Below, piece by piece: positions 47,440-57,577 of a stretch of 64,000 nt of DNA. The notes under the pieces were generated by a model, which saw only the letters and a list, made by a program, of their open reading frames with translations, searched no databases and was not told the DNA's origin. The position numbers and the translations under genes are program-made. Within the stretch, counting starts at the first letter, position 1. Every line of letters begins with the position of its first letter. Origin of the DNA: Candidatus Cloacimonadales bacterium (GTDB taxonomy: Bacteria; Cloacimonadota; Cloacimonadia; Cloacimonadales; JAIOQZ01); NCBI GenBank assembly GCA_963665815.1, contig OY762463.1, positions 3,104,001 through 3,168,000 on the forward strand, given 5' to 3'.

Positions 47440-48624
47440 ATGTATATTTTGATTATAGCTACTATTGGGTTACTTGTCTTTTGGTTAGTCGAGTATATGA
47501 GGCACTCTAAGAACGTTGCCAGTATCCCTCACAGGATACATGTTAACGGCACACGAGGAAAGTCATCTGTTACTCGTCTGATCGGTGCCGGACTCAGAGC
47601 CGGGGGAGTAAAAACCCTTGCAAAGACTACCGGAACCATGCCTCGTCTAATTATGGAAGACGGGACAGAAGCATCCATTGAAAGGCTGTTCGGAGCAAAT
47701 ATTATTGAACAGAAATATGTGTTCCGTTATGCAGGTAAGCATAAGCCTGATGCAATGGTTATTGAGTGTATGGCGGTTAATCCACTTTATCAATGGATTA
47801 CCGAGAGACGTTTTGTAAAATCGACAATTTCTGTTATCACAAATGCCAGAATGGACCATATTGACTTAATGGGAAATACTCTTGACAGTATTACCAAATG
47901 TCTATGCAACACAATACCTAAGAATGGAGTATGTCTTACTTCCGAAGATAAGCAATTTGGAGTAATGAAGGAAGTTGCAGATAAAAGAGGTACTGAAATC
48001 GTTTGTGTAAAACCGGATAGTATTACTCTTGAGGATCTGGACGGATTCTCATATATTGAGCATGCCGATAATATTGCTCTTGCTCTGGAAGTCTGTAGAA
48101 GACTGGGTGTAGACAGAAAAACAGCATTAAAAGGTATGCAGGGAGCAAATCCTGATCCGGGAGCACTGAAAAAATATCGAGTGGAAGATAAGGGTAAAGT
48201 AATTGAGTTTTACAATGTTTTTGCTGCAAATGATCCGAATTCAACTCACATGATTTATGAATTGATAGCCGGAAGGCTTGATAATCAGCAGAAAATGATT
48301 ATGTTGAATACCAGAAGCGACAGATTTTTCCGATCTGAACAGCTTGCTGAAGTATGTGCAGACCTTGATTTTGATTATCTGATTCTGACGGGTGAAAGAA
48401 CCGGACAATTAAAACAATTTGCAATTGGTCTTGGAATTCCTGCGGCTAAAATAATTGAACTGCCAAACCATATGGCAGCAGAAAAAGTTTATAACAAAGT
48501 ACTTGAGATTACCAAAAAAGAATCGCATATTGTTGGGATAGGTAATATTGCAGGTAAAATTAAATATGGAGCACAGATAGTGAAATATTTCAAAGTCAAA
48601 TCAGAAGGGGGAGCTCGTGGTTGA
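47440..48624 (+). CDS. pgsB: Poly-gamma-glutamate synthase PgsB/CapB
   Basis: IHVNGTRGKSSVTRLI, KTTGT, ANIIEQ, ECMAV.P, FAANDP. Confidence 0.95.
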   Translation: MYILIIATIGLLVFWLVEYMRHSKNVASIPHRIHVNGTRGKSSVTRLIGAGLRAGGVKTLAKTTGTMPRLIMEDGTEASIERLFGANIIEQKYVFRYAGKHKPDAMVIECMAVNPLYQWITERRFVKSTISVITNARMDHIDLMGNTLDSITKCLCNTIPKNGVCLTSEDKQFGVMKEVADKRGTEIVCVKPDSITLEDLDGFSYIEHADNIALALEVCRRLGVDRKTALKGMQGANPDPGALKKYRVEDKGKVIEFYNVFAANDPNSTHMIYELIAGRLDNQQKMIMLNTRSDRFFRSEQLAEVCADLDFDYLILTGERTGQLKQFAIGLGIPAAKIIELPNHMAAEKVYNKVLEITKKESHIVGIGNIAGKIKYGAQIVKYFKVKSEGGARG

Positions 48625-49069
48625 AGAAGTAGTTAAAGCGGCCGTCGGGTTGGGTGTTGTTACCAGCCTGGTATTTACAGAACTTCTCGGTGCATCTGCC
48701 GGAGGGATTATTGTTCCCGGTTATATTGCATTGCAATTGGACAGGCCTTTTAATATTGCAGGAACACTTGCTGTTAGTCTTGTTACCCTGCTTGTAATAA
48801 AGATCATTTCTCAGTTTACACTGGTTTACGGAAAACGAAGAATGGTTCTCTGCATTCTGATTGGATTCATTCTTGGCTGGGCTTCAAAACCATTGTTTAA
48901 TCATATTACTATTGGTGATATCGAAATGCAGTCTATCGGGTTTATTATTCCGGGACTCATAGCAAACTGGATGGAAAGACAAGGCGTCTGGAAAACAGTG
49001 TCTGTTATGCTTCTCGCAGCAGTAATTGTAAGACTTCTTCTTATAATAATCTTCCCGGGGAGGTTCTAA
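48617..49069 (+). CDS. pgsC: Poly-gamma-glutamate biosynthesis protein PgsC/CapC
   Basis: GGIIVPGYIAL, YGKRR, IGFIIPGLIANW.ERQG. Confidence 0.93.
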   Translation: MVEEVVKAAVGLGVVTSLVFTELLGASAGGIIVPGYIALQLDRPFNIAGTLAVSLVTLLVIKIISQFTLVYGKRRMVLCILIGFILGWASKPLFNHITIGDIEMQSIGFIIPGLIANWMERQGVWKTVSVMLLAAVIVRLLLIIIFPGRF

Positions 49070-50197
49070 ATGTTCAGACCATCATTAAGAAAACTAAGTA
49101 CATTAATTTTCCTCGGTGTTCTGGCTGTTATACTTTTTTATGTTACTCAGGGAAGTTTCAGAACAGTTAAAGACGAACAGAAAGTAAAGGCAGCTAAGCT
49201 TATGGAAGAGTGTATGGACATTCTCAAGAGTGAAGCAATGGAAAAAGGTTATGAAATTGATCCAGCCAATGACCCTAATGCAACAGGTTTGATTGGTGTA
49301 AATAGAAGAGAATCTAAAATCACTACAAGTTATGGTGTGCTTTCAAGAAGGCTTACTGCTCTTAACCCTAATCTCAGTGCTGTTGCTGTTGATCTTCTCA
49401 GATTGATAGACATTGCAGAAGGAGATTATGTTGCAGTTGGTCTTACCGGTGCTAATCCCGGTGCAAACCTGGCAGTATATTCTGCAATTCAAACCCTGGG
49501 ATTAAAACCTGTTGTAGTAACATCTGTTGGTTCTGCCGAATTCGGAGCAAACAGAGAAGATTTCACCTGGCTTGATATGGAATCAATACTATTTAATAAA
49601 AATAAAATTAATTTTAAGTCTGACTTTGCATCACTTGGTGGAAATAAGGACCGTGGCGGTGGACTTGGTAAAAACGGAAGAGAGCTTCTCGAAGAAGCAA
49701 TAGTAAGAAACTCGCTTGAACCTGATTTTTTCAAAATGAAAAAATTCGATACTGCTGAAATGATTGCCAAAAGATTTGATGCATATAATTCCAAACTTCC
49801 TGCTGACAAGAAATTCAAGGCTTTTATCAATATTGGTAGTGGATATGCAAATATTGGTGATCTTCAAAATAATAAAAGCTTAACAGAAGGTGTTAACGAG
49901 AAGATAGCTGAACTTGATTTTGCTAATCCCGGTGTTATGATGAGATTTGCCGAATGGGTTCCTGTTATTCATATTGATAATGTAGTTAAACTTGCTGAAA
50001 AATATAGTCTTCCTATAGATCCAGAGCCTGTTCCTGAAGTAGGAGAAGGTAAGGTTTTCGAATCAAGACAGAGAAATGTTATTGTAGCAGTGATTAGTTT
50101 ACTGGTAATTCTGATAGCAATATCTATAGCAATATATTTTGATAGAAAAGACAGGCATTTCACAGAAAACATTGTGGATCCTGATAATGATTTATAA
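49070..50197 (+). CDS. pgsW: Poly-gamma-glutamate system protein PgsW
   Basis: DPN.TGLIG, ITT, LNPN, SVGSAEFGAN, FINIG motifs; located directly after pgsBC. Confidence 0.8.
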   Translation: MFRPSLRKLSTLIFLGVLAVILFYVTQGSFRTVKDEQKVKAAKLMEECMDILKSEAMEKGYEIDPANDPNATGLIGVNRRESKITTSYGVLSRRLTALNPNLSAVAVDLLRLIDIAEGDYVAVGLTGANPGANLAVYSAIQTLGLKPVVVTSVGSAEFGANREDFTWLDMESILFNKNKINFKSDFASLGGNKDRGGGLGKNGRELLEEAIVRNSLEPDFFKMKKFDTAEMIAKRFDAYNSKLPADKKFKAFINIGSGYANIGDLQNNKSLTEGVNEKIAELDFANPGVMMRFAEWVPVIHIDNVVKLAEKYSLPIDPEPVPEVGEGKVFESRQRNVIVAVISLLVILIAISIAIYFDRKDRHFTENIVDPDNDL

Positions 50198-50220
50198 TAA
50201 AAAGCAATGTTTTGCTTTAC

Positions 50221-50245
50221 AGGGGAAACATCAAATGTTTCCCTT
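50221..50245. other. Intergenic hairpin without a U tract
   Basis: aggggaaacat-caa-atgtttccctt. Confidence 0.5.
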
Positions 50246-50270
50246 GATTATTATCTGATTTGGAGATGAC

Positions 50271-51290
50271 ATGAATAAATTATACGTAATTCTTATACTT
50301 GTGGGGCTTGTGTTTAATTTGAGTGCAGGCTGGGAACTGAGTGGAAGCCTTGAAACTACATATTCCAATAATGCATTCAATCTTTCAGACAAGGATCTGG
50401 AAAGTCATGAAGATGGTGACGAAGATCTCAGTTTTGTTGATACCAGCGATGATATGATGCTTAAACCATCAATTGATGTGAAATATAAGTTTGAACTTGG
50501 CAAAAGAAAACATTTGAGACTTAGTTCCAAGCTTAATTATATTGCTTACACTAATAATACAGACAAGAGTAAATACAGCTCTTTGTCTTATGTAGAATAC
50601 AGAAATGATAAACTGACACTTAAGGGTATATATGCTTTTTATGCTGATAACTATTCCAGACAGTATAAAGACAGGGATGGAACTGATGAATATGAAGAAT
50701 TTGCTTATGATAAAGATCAGTTCAAACTTTCTGCAAAATACAGGATTTTCAAAAAAGACTGGGTTGATGTTTACGGAAGTTACGAAATGTACCGTCATAA
50801 TAAGTATTGGGTAGAGCAGGACGGTGATGCAATGGAGATAGGTGTGGGTTGGAAACACTCATTTAAGACATTCTATCTTGACGGCGGATACGCCTATAGA
50901 AAATTTGATTGCGATAATGGTATCAGTGACTCATCACTTGATTCTTATTATACAGATACGACATACGAAAGCAATATCTTTAATGTCGGTTTGAAAAACA
51001 AAAAAGTCCGCATCATGAAGAAAAAGTATATCAGACCTTTCATTAAGTATAAGGTTGAATACAGATATTATCAATCTGATAATGTTCTTGACGATATCCA
51101 TGCCGGACGTGATGATGTTAAAAATGATTTCCGTTTGGGATCAGATTTGATTCTGTCAGATAACTGGATGATTGTATTTACATACAGACACCAATACCGA
51201 AAAGTAAAAAGTTCAGTAAATTCTGGTTTATCTGATTCAAAAAATTATCTTACAGATGAGTTCTCTCTTGAACTCCAATATGAATTTTAG
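50271..51290 (+). CDS. Putative outer-membrane beta-barrel protein
   Basis: Signal peptide, alternating aromatic/hydrophobic strands, C-terminal FSLELQYEF. Confidence 0.7.
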   Translation: MNKLYVILILVGLVFNLSAGWELSGSLETTYSNNAFNLSDKDLESHEDGDEDLSFVDTSDDMMLKPSIDVKYKFELGKRKHLRLSSKLNYIAYTNNTDKSKYSSLSYVEYRNDKLTLKGIYAFYADNYSRQYKDRDGTDEYEEFAYDKDQFKLSAKYRIFKKDWVDVYGSYEMYRHNKYWVEQDGDAMEIGVGWKHSFKTFYLDGGYAYRKFDCDNGISDSSLDSYYTDTTYESNIFNVGLKNKKVRIMKKKYIRPFIKYKVEYRYYQSDNVLDDIHAGRDDVKNDFRLGSDLILSDNWMIVFTYRHQYRKVKSSVNSGLSDSKNYLTDEFSLELQYEF

Positions 51291-51306
51291 ATAATAAGAG
51301 GTTTGT

Positions 51307-51618
51307 ATGATGAAATTCGAAAAGGATCGTGACAAGATCCGGGAATTTTTCGATTTACTTGAAGATGAACATTATGAATTAAGAAAATTCAGCCACCCTG
51401 TGCTTGTATATAAATCAGATGAAGACAATGTTTATTATTCTCTCTGGGAAGAATCTCTGCTTCAGAGGTTCGGTATAAAGAACGTTGACGGATGGGATTA
51501 CAAACATGATATCATGTTTTGTCCTGACTGGGTAACCGGTGAGGATGAGGATGATTATGATGATGATGATGACGATCTCGATTTATCTTCATTAAAAAAA
51601 TATATGACAGATGAATAG
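51307..51618 (+). CDS. Small acidic hypothetical protein
   Basis: GAGG RBS; 103 aa with an Asp-rich tail. Confidence 0.65.
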   Translation: MMKFEKDRDKIREFFDLLEDEHYELRKFSHPVLVYKSDEDNVYYSLWEESLLQRFGIKNVDGWDYKHDIMFCPDWVTGEDEDDYDDDDDDLDLSSLKKYMTDE

Positions 51619-51672
51619 GGGTTGACAATTTTATAAAGCTGAGATTTCTTACACTTTTATAAGAAATTTTAT

Positions 51673-51935
51673 AGTGTGCTAGGTGGGGAGCTAGCGGTGC
51701 CCTGTACCCTCAATCCGCTATAGAGGGACTGAATTCCCGCACTAGAATGCTGATTTTTGATCACTTTACAGAAAGTGGTGTTGAGAATCAAGCCCAGCGC
51801 AATTACGTGCTGTGAACCATGTCAGGTCCGGAAGGAAGCAGCATTAAGCAGACTTCGTGATGTGCCGTTGGTCCACTTGATTTGAGCTAACTACTGTTTT
51901 GAGGTCCGAATAAGTATCAACTGCGGGTGCACACT
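51673..51935 (+). ncRNA. ffs: Large (Alu-containing) bacterial SRP RNA
   Basis: S-domain TGTCAGGTCCGGAAGGAAGCAGCA; Bacillus scRNA-like 5' GGGGAG.TAGCGGTGCCCTGTACC..CAATCCGCT; terminal pairing AGTGTGC/GCACACT. Confidence 0.93.
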
Positions 51936-51951
51936 TTATTCTGGAGAAATT

Positions 51952-53256
51952 TTGGCTGCAAAATATAAAGTACCTAGAGGTACATACGATATTCTACCTG
52001 ATGTATCTGATAAATGGATATATCTGGAAAACATGTTTAAAAAACTGGCATTATCTTTTGATTATAAGCTGATTGTTACACCAATATTCGAAAAGTCCGA
52101 CCTGTTTGAAAGAAGTGTCGGAGATACATCTGATATTGTCGAAAAGGAAATGTATAAATTTCAGGATAAAAAGGGCAGGATGTTTGCTCTCAGACCTGAA
52201 GGAACTGCTCCTGTTGTCAGAAGTTATGTCGAAAACAATCTTGGAATTGGTAACTCAGTCGTGAAGCTTATGTATCATGGTCCGATGTTCCGTTATGACA
52301 GACCTCAGAAAGGACGTTACAGACAATTTTATCAATATGGCGTTGAGGCTATTGGTTCTAATAATCCTTATATTGATGCAGAAGTAATTACTCTTGCATA
52401 TTCATTCCTGAAGAATCTGGGACTCAGCAATTTTAATCTTGAGATTAACAATATAGGCTGCCCTGTCTGTTCAAAAGACTACGATAAAGCTCTGGTCGAA
52501 TACTTTGAGCAGTATAGAGAACAATTATGCCCTGACTGTCAGAAAAGAATGCATAAGAATCCGAAAAGACTTCTTGACTGTAAGGTTAAGACATGTAAAG
52601 AAATCGGAGCAGATGCACCGGTGATAACCGACTATCTTGACGATGAATGCAGAACTCACTTTGAGCAGGTACAGAACTATCTTACTCAGATGGATGTACC
52701 TTTTGAAGTAAATCCCCGCATAGTGAGAGGACTTGATTATTATACCGGAACAGCATTTGAAATTATTAATAATGGACTGAAAACTCAGAATGCGCTGCTT
52801 GGAGGAGGCCGATACAATAGCCTTACTGAGCAGGTTGGTGGAAAACCACAACCGGGAATCGGATTTGCCGGAGGATTTGAAAGGCTCTTGATTGCAATAG
52901 AAGAAGCAAACCTGGAACTGCCTTTCGAAAACTTGCCGGATGTCTATATGATTGATCTGGGTGAAAAGGCTCAGAATATGATGCCCGGACTGATTTTGAA
53001 TCTTAGAAACAACGGATTACATGTTAGTTATGATATAGATAAAACATCAATGAAAGCGCAGATGAAGGCAGCTGATAAATCCGGTGCACAATGTGTTATT
53101 ATCATCGGAGATGAAGAAATTGAGAATAATGCTGTCAATGTTAAGAATATGAATTGCAGAACTCAGAAACAAGTTAAACTTGATGCTGTAAGAGAACTGA
53201 ACAATGAGAGTTTTGCTGAATTAATGGCTGAATTAGCCGATTTACAGGAGAAATAA
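51952..53256 (+). CDS. hisS: Histidine--tRNA ligase
   Basis: PRGTYD, LRPEGTA, FRYDRPQKGRYRQFYQ, RGLDYY, GGGRY; TTG start after GGAG. Confidence 0.97.
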   Translation: MAAKYKVPRGTYDILPDVSDKWIYLENMFKKLALSFDYKLIVTPIFEKSDLFERSVGDTSDIVEKEMYKFQDKKGRMFALRPEGTAPVVRSYVENNLGIGNSVVKLMYHGPMFRYDRPQKGRYRQFYQYGVEAIGSNNPYIDAEVITLAYSFLKNLGLSNFNLEINNIGCPVCSKDYDKALVEYFEQYREQLCPDCQKRMHKNPKRLLDCKVKTCKEIGADAPVITDYLDDECRTHFEQVQNYLTQMDVPFEVNPRIVRGLDYYTGTAFEIINNGLKTQNALLGGGRYNSLTEQVGGKPQPGIGFAGGFERLLIAIEEANLELPFENLPDVYMIDLGEKAQNMMPGLILNLRNNGLHVSYDIDKTSMKAQMKAADKSGAQCVIIIGDEEIENNAVNVKNMNCRTQKQVKLDAVRELNNESFAELMAELADLQEK

Positions 53257-54780
53257 ATGGCAAAGAAAAATAGAACAGCAATAGAACCAACCAGAAGTGA
53301 AAACTATCCACAATGGTACCTGAACGTTATAAAAGCGGCAGAGCTTGCTGAAAATAGTGACGTAAGAGGTTGTATGGTTATTAAACCCTGGGGATACGCT
53401 ATCTGGGAAAACATGCAGAGAGCTCTGGATGATATGTTCAAGGAAACGGGACATGTGAACGCTTACTTTCCTCTCTTTATTCCAAAGAGTTATTTTGAAA
53501 AAGAAGCTGAGCATGTGGAAGGTTTTGCTAAAGAATGTGCTGTTGTTACACATTCAAGACTGGAGGACGATGGTAATGGTGGATTAAAAACTGCCAGTCC
53601 GTTAACTGAGCCTTTAATTATCAGACCTACCAGTGAAACTATCATTGGAGCATCTTTCAGTAAATGGATTAACTCATACAGGGATTTACCCTTACTGATC
53701 AACCAATGGGCGAATGTTGTTCGTTGGGAAATGCGAACAAGGCTATTCCTGCGTACTTCTGAATTCTTGTGGCAGGAAGGACATACGGCTCATGAAACAG
53801 AGCAGGAAGCAATTGATGAGACATTCAAAATGCTGGATGTTTATGCTGATTTCCTTGAGAATCACCTTGCTGTTCCGGTTATTAAGGGTCGGAAAACGGA
53901 ATCAGAGAAATTCCCGGGAGCTATTGATACATATTGTGTTGAAGCAATAATGCAGGATAACAAAGCTCTGCAAGCGGGAACCTCACATTTTCTGGGACAG
54001 AATTTTGCCAAAGTGTTTGATATCAAATATCTGAGTAAAGAAGGTAAGGAAGAATTTGCATGGACAACATCCTGGGGTGTTTCAACTCGTTTAATCGGGG
54101 CTCTATTGATGACTCATAGTGATGATAACGGACTTGTAATTCCTCCAAGAGTCGCACCTGCTCATATAGCTGTTATTCCATTTTCGAAAACTGAAGATGA
54201 CAAGAAAATGGTAGATGAGTTTATTGATAAACTTAACAGCAGATTGAAAGACATTCGATATCATGGTAAAAAACTCATTGTGAGAGTTGATGATAGAGAT
54301 GTAACGGGAAGTGAAAAATCATGGTACTGGATTAAAAAAGGAATGCCGATAAGGATTGAGATTGGACCTCGAGACATTCAGAAAAATTCTGTTTTCCTCG
54401 GTAGAAGGGATCTAGGTCCAAAAGATAAAAAAGCATATAACGTAGATGAATTTGTAGATTCAGTATGCTCAATACTGGATGATATCCAAAATAACTTATA
54501 TAACAGAGCTCTGGAATTCAGGAAAGAGAAATCTGTTATAATTGATGAAAAGGAAAAATTTTACAGTTTCTTTACTCCTGAGAATGAAGAAAATCCTGAG
54601 ATTCATGGTGGCTTTGTTTATTCTCACTGGTGTGGCTCAGCAGAATGTGAAGAGAAGATTAAGAATGATCTGAAAGTTACAATTCGCTGTATACCTCTTG
54701 AAAATGAGCAGGTTGATGGAAAATGTATCTGCTGTGGAGGAGAGAGTAAAGAACGTGTATTATTGGCAAAGAGTTACTAA
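53257..54780 (+). CDS. proS: Proline--tRNA ligase (archaeal/eukaryote-type)
   Basis: KEAEHVEGFAKE, RPTSET, EFLWQEGHT, QAGTSHFLGQNF, Zn-binding C-terminus ending AKSY. Confidence 0.97.
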   Translation: MAKKNRTAIEPTRSENYPQWYLNVIKAAELAENSDVRGCMVIKPWGYAIWENMQRALDDMFKETGHVNAYFPLFIPKSYFEKEAEHVEGFAKECAVVTHSRLEDDGNGGLKTASPLTEPLIIRPTSETIIGASFSKWINSYRDLPLLINQWANVVRWEMRTRLFLRTSEFLWQEGHTAHETEQEAIDETFKMLDVYADFLENHLAVPVIKGRKTESEKFPGAIDTYCVEAIMQDNKALQAGTSHFLGQNFAKVFDIKYLSKEGKEEFAWTTSWGVSTRLIGALLMTHSDDNGLVIPPRVAPAHIAVIPFSKTEDDKKMVDEFIDKLNSRLKDIRYHGKKLIVRVDDRDVTGSEKSWYWIKKGMPIRIEIGPRDIQKNSVFLGRRDLGPKDKKAYNVDEFVDSVCSILDDIQNNLYNRALEFRKEKSVIIDEKEKFYSFFTPENEENPEIHGGFVYSHWCGSAECEEKIKNDLKVTIRCIPLENEQVDGKCICCGGESKERVLLAKSY

Positions 54781-54782
54781 TT

Positions 54783-55109
54783 ATGAAGTTCTGGCTTAAA
54801 CGGGAATCAACGTTTATATATCTTGATCAGCTATTGAAGGCTGCGGGTATATTTGAAGATTACGAAGAGATAAAAGACAAAATCAACAGAGCATATATTT
54901 CTGTAAACGGATCAGTAGAGACCAAAAGAAGAAAGATGCTGGTTGAGGGAGATATCGTAAGCTTCAGGGACTACCATATTAAGATTGTCGGTTCTAAAGA
55001 GGCAAAGATTCAGAGAATCCGAAAGAATGCTTCCGGAGTTATAAAACACGGAGAGTCTCTGCCGAACTGGACTGAGTTCAAAGTAAAAAACAAGAACAAT
55101 AAGGAATAA
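54783..55109 (+). CDS. S4 RNA-binding domain protein (YaaA/YbcJ-like)
   Basis: IYLDQLLKAAG...VNG.VETKRRKML..GD. Confidence 0.8.
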   Translation: MKFWLKRESTFIYLDQLLKAAGIFEDYEEIKDKINRAYISVNGSVETKRRKMLVEGDIVSFRDYHIKIVGSKEAKIQRIRKNASGVIKHGESLPNWTEFKVKNKNNKE

Positions 55110-56320
55110 TGTTGATAGCAAAAGTTATTTCTATTGGTAATGAAATACTTATTGGTAAGACCGTAAATACTAATTTGACATTCATAGGCAGACAGTTATC
55201 ATCTCTTGGGATTCAGATTGTAAAGAATCTGGTAATCCGGGATGATTATGATACAATTAAAAAAACTATTTTAACCGAGTTCAAAGATTGTGATTTACTT
55301 ATTACAACCGGAGGACTCGGTCCTACTACTGACGATATAAGCAAAAATGCAATTGCAGAGGCTTTTAACAAAAAGCTTATCTATTCTGAAGGGCTATGGA
55401 AAAGAATTGAAGAAATCTTCAAAGGCAGAGGTATTGCAATACCGGATACGAATAAAGGTCAGGCATTGTATCCTGAGGATTTCGAGCTTCTTGACAATGC
55501 AATAGGCACAGCTCCTGGATTAATGTATAGATTTGATAAAAAAATTTTTATCGCCATGCCGGGTGTTCCACGAGAAATGAAGTATATCACTGATAATTCA
55601 ATTTTACCATTACTATCAGAATATTCAGAGGATTTTTTCCTCAAGGAAATTCATACTGCTGAGATACCGGAATCAGAGATTGCAGAGCGTCTTCAGGATA
55701 TGGAAGTACCTGAAAACATGAATGTTGCGTTCCTCCCTTCAGCAGGCAGAGTGACAATCAGATTATATGGTCAGAACAAGGTTGGAATTGAGTCGATTGA
55801 AAAAAAAGTGATAAAAAGGTTGCATAAATTTGTTTGGGGTTACGATGATGTTACACTTGTACAAACATTGTTTAAATTTATCAGCGAAAGAGAATTTACC
55901 CTCTCAGTAGCTGAGTCTTGTACAGGTGGTCTACTTCAGAAACTGATAACAGACGAGCCGGGAGCATCTGCTATATTTAATGGCGGAGTTACAGCTTATT
56001 CGAATGAAGTGAAAATCAGTTTGCTGAATGTCAGTCGAGATACTCTTGCAGAGCATGGTGCCGTAAGTTACAAAACGGCAGAAGAAATGGCTGATGGAGT
56101 AAGGAAAGCTTTGAATGCAGATATTGGAGTTAGTGTAACCGGAGTCGCCGGACCTGATGGTGGTTCGGAGAGTAAACCTGTTGGAACAGTGTTTATTGGA
56201 TATTCGGATAAAAACACAACTTTTTCTGTGAAATACAATCTGTTTGGAAACAGAAGTATGATAAGAAGTAAGGCTGTAGACAGAATGATTCTGACAATAA
56301 TCAGGGAGTTAAGGAAATAG
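55109..56320 (+). CDS. cinA: CinA (NMN deamidase-related, competence/damage-inducible) protein
   Basis: GNEILIG..VNTN, GGLGPTTDD, PGVPREM, AESCTGG, TGVAGP.GG. Confidence 0.93.
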   Translation: MLIAKVISIGNEILIGKTVNTNLTFIGRQLSSLGIQIVKNLVIRDDYDTIKKTILTEFKDCDLLITTGGLGPTTDDISKNAIAEAFNKKLIYSEGLWKRIEEIFKGRGIAIPDTNKGQALYPEDFELLDNAIGTAPGLMYRFDKKIFIAMPGVPREMKYITDNSILPLLSEYSEDFFLKEIHTAEIPESEIAERLQDMEVPENMNVAFLPSAGRVTIRLYGQNKVGIESIEKKVIKRLHKFVWGYDDVTLVQTLFKFISEREFTLSVAESCTGGLLQKLITDEPGASAIFNGGVTAYSNEVKISLLNVSRDTLAEHGAVSYKTAEEMADGVRKALNADIGVSVTGVAGPDGGSESKPVGTVFIGYSDKNTTFSVKYNLFGNRSMIRSKAVDRMILTIIRELRK

Positions 56321-57567
56321 TGAAAACTTTAGTAATAGGCAGTGGTGGTCGTGAGCATGCAATAGCTGATGCACTAAATAAGAGCTCTATAATAGAAAAA
56401 GTTTATGTCAGCCCGGGAAATTCAGGAATGTCTAATGTCGCAGAAACTGTCTCATTATCAGGTTTTGATGCAATAGCTGAATTTGTTCAGGTTAACAACA
56501 TCAGTTTTGTTTTTATTGGTCCGGAGCAACCTCTTGCTGATGGTATTGTTGATTATCTGAAAGAGAGAAACATAGCTGTTATTGGTCCGGATAAAGCAGG
56601 TTCACAAATAGAAAGCTCTAAAATATGGTCTAAAAATCTGATGAAAAAATATGGAGTTCCTACTGCAGAATACGGAGTTTATGATAATTATGAAAGTGCA
56701 TGTAAAGGACTGGATAGCTTTGAACTTCCTGTTGTAATCAAGGCTGATGGTCTGGCAGCCGGGAAAGGTGTAATTATCGCCGAGAGCAGACAGGAAGCTG
56801 AAGATGCTTTAAAAGTTATGATGACAGAAATGAAGTTTGGAGAATCAGGCAGTTCGGTTGTTATTGAAGAGTTTCTCGAAGGATGGGAAACTTCAATTTT
56901 TGCATTATCTGATGGTGAGAACTATGTCTCAACTGTCTTTTCTCAGGATTTCAAAAGAGCTTTTGATAATGATAAAGGACCTAATACCGGTGGTATGGGG
57001 GCGTATGCTCCTGTAGTTGAAGCTGAACAGTACAGAGATGTAGTGCATACAGATATTTTTGACAGAATATTTTCGGGAATGAAGACGGAAGGTATAATCT
57101 ATACCGGTATTTTATATGCAGGTCTGATGATCACTGAAAACGGACCTAAAGTGATTGAGTTTAACTGTAGATTCGGTGATCCTGAAACAGAAGTAGTTTT
57201 ACCGCTTCTGAAATCCGATTTTGGACAAGTTTGTAAGGCATTAGTCGATAATGCAGTTAACAAAGTTGAACTGGAATGGGAAAATTGTGCTGTAACTGTC
57301 GTCGCTGCTTCCGGAGGATATCCAGAAGCATATAAAAAAGGAATGCCTATTGAAATTCCTGAATTGGAAAAGGGCAATGAATTTATTTACTATGCAGGCG
57401 TAAAGTCTGATAATGATAAAATGCTAACTGATGGTGGGCGTGTTTTAATGGCTGTAGCTGTCAAGGACAGCATGGAAGAAGCTCGACACAGTGCTTACAA
57501 AATAATTGATCAGATAAGTTTTAATAAAATGCAGTATAGAAATGATATTGCAAAGAAAGCCAGATAA
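56320..57567 (+). CDS. purD: Phosphoribosylamine--glycine ligase
   Basis: GSGGREHA, KADGLAAGKGV, GPNTGGMGAY, EFNCRFGDPE. Confidence 0.97.
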   Translation: MKTLVIGSGGREHAIADALNKSSIIEKVYVSPGNSGMSNVAETVSLSGFDAIAEFVQVNNISFVFIGPEQPLADGIVDYLKERNIAVIGPDKAGSQIESSKIWSKNLMKKYGVPTAEYGVYDNYESACKGLDSFELPVVIKADGLAAGKGVIIAESRQEAEDALKVMMTEMKFGESGSSVVIEEFLEGWETSIFALSDGENYVSTVFSQDFKRAFDNDKGPNTGGMGAYAPVVEAEQYRDVVHTDIFDRIFSGMKTEGIIYTGILYAGLMITENGPKVIEFNCRFGDPETEVVLPLLKSDFGQVCKALVDNAVNKVELEWENCAVTVVAASGGYPEAYKKGMPIEIPELEKGNEFIYYAGVKSDNDKMLTDGGRVLMAVAVKDSMEEARHSAYKIIDQISFNKMQYRNDIAKKAR

Positions 57568-57577
57568 TGAGGTATAA

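Noticed and set aside
51540-51575. GAT trinucleotide run as a contingency repeat
   Set aside because: Imperfect; it simply encodes the Asp-rich tail of the protein.
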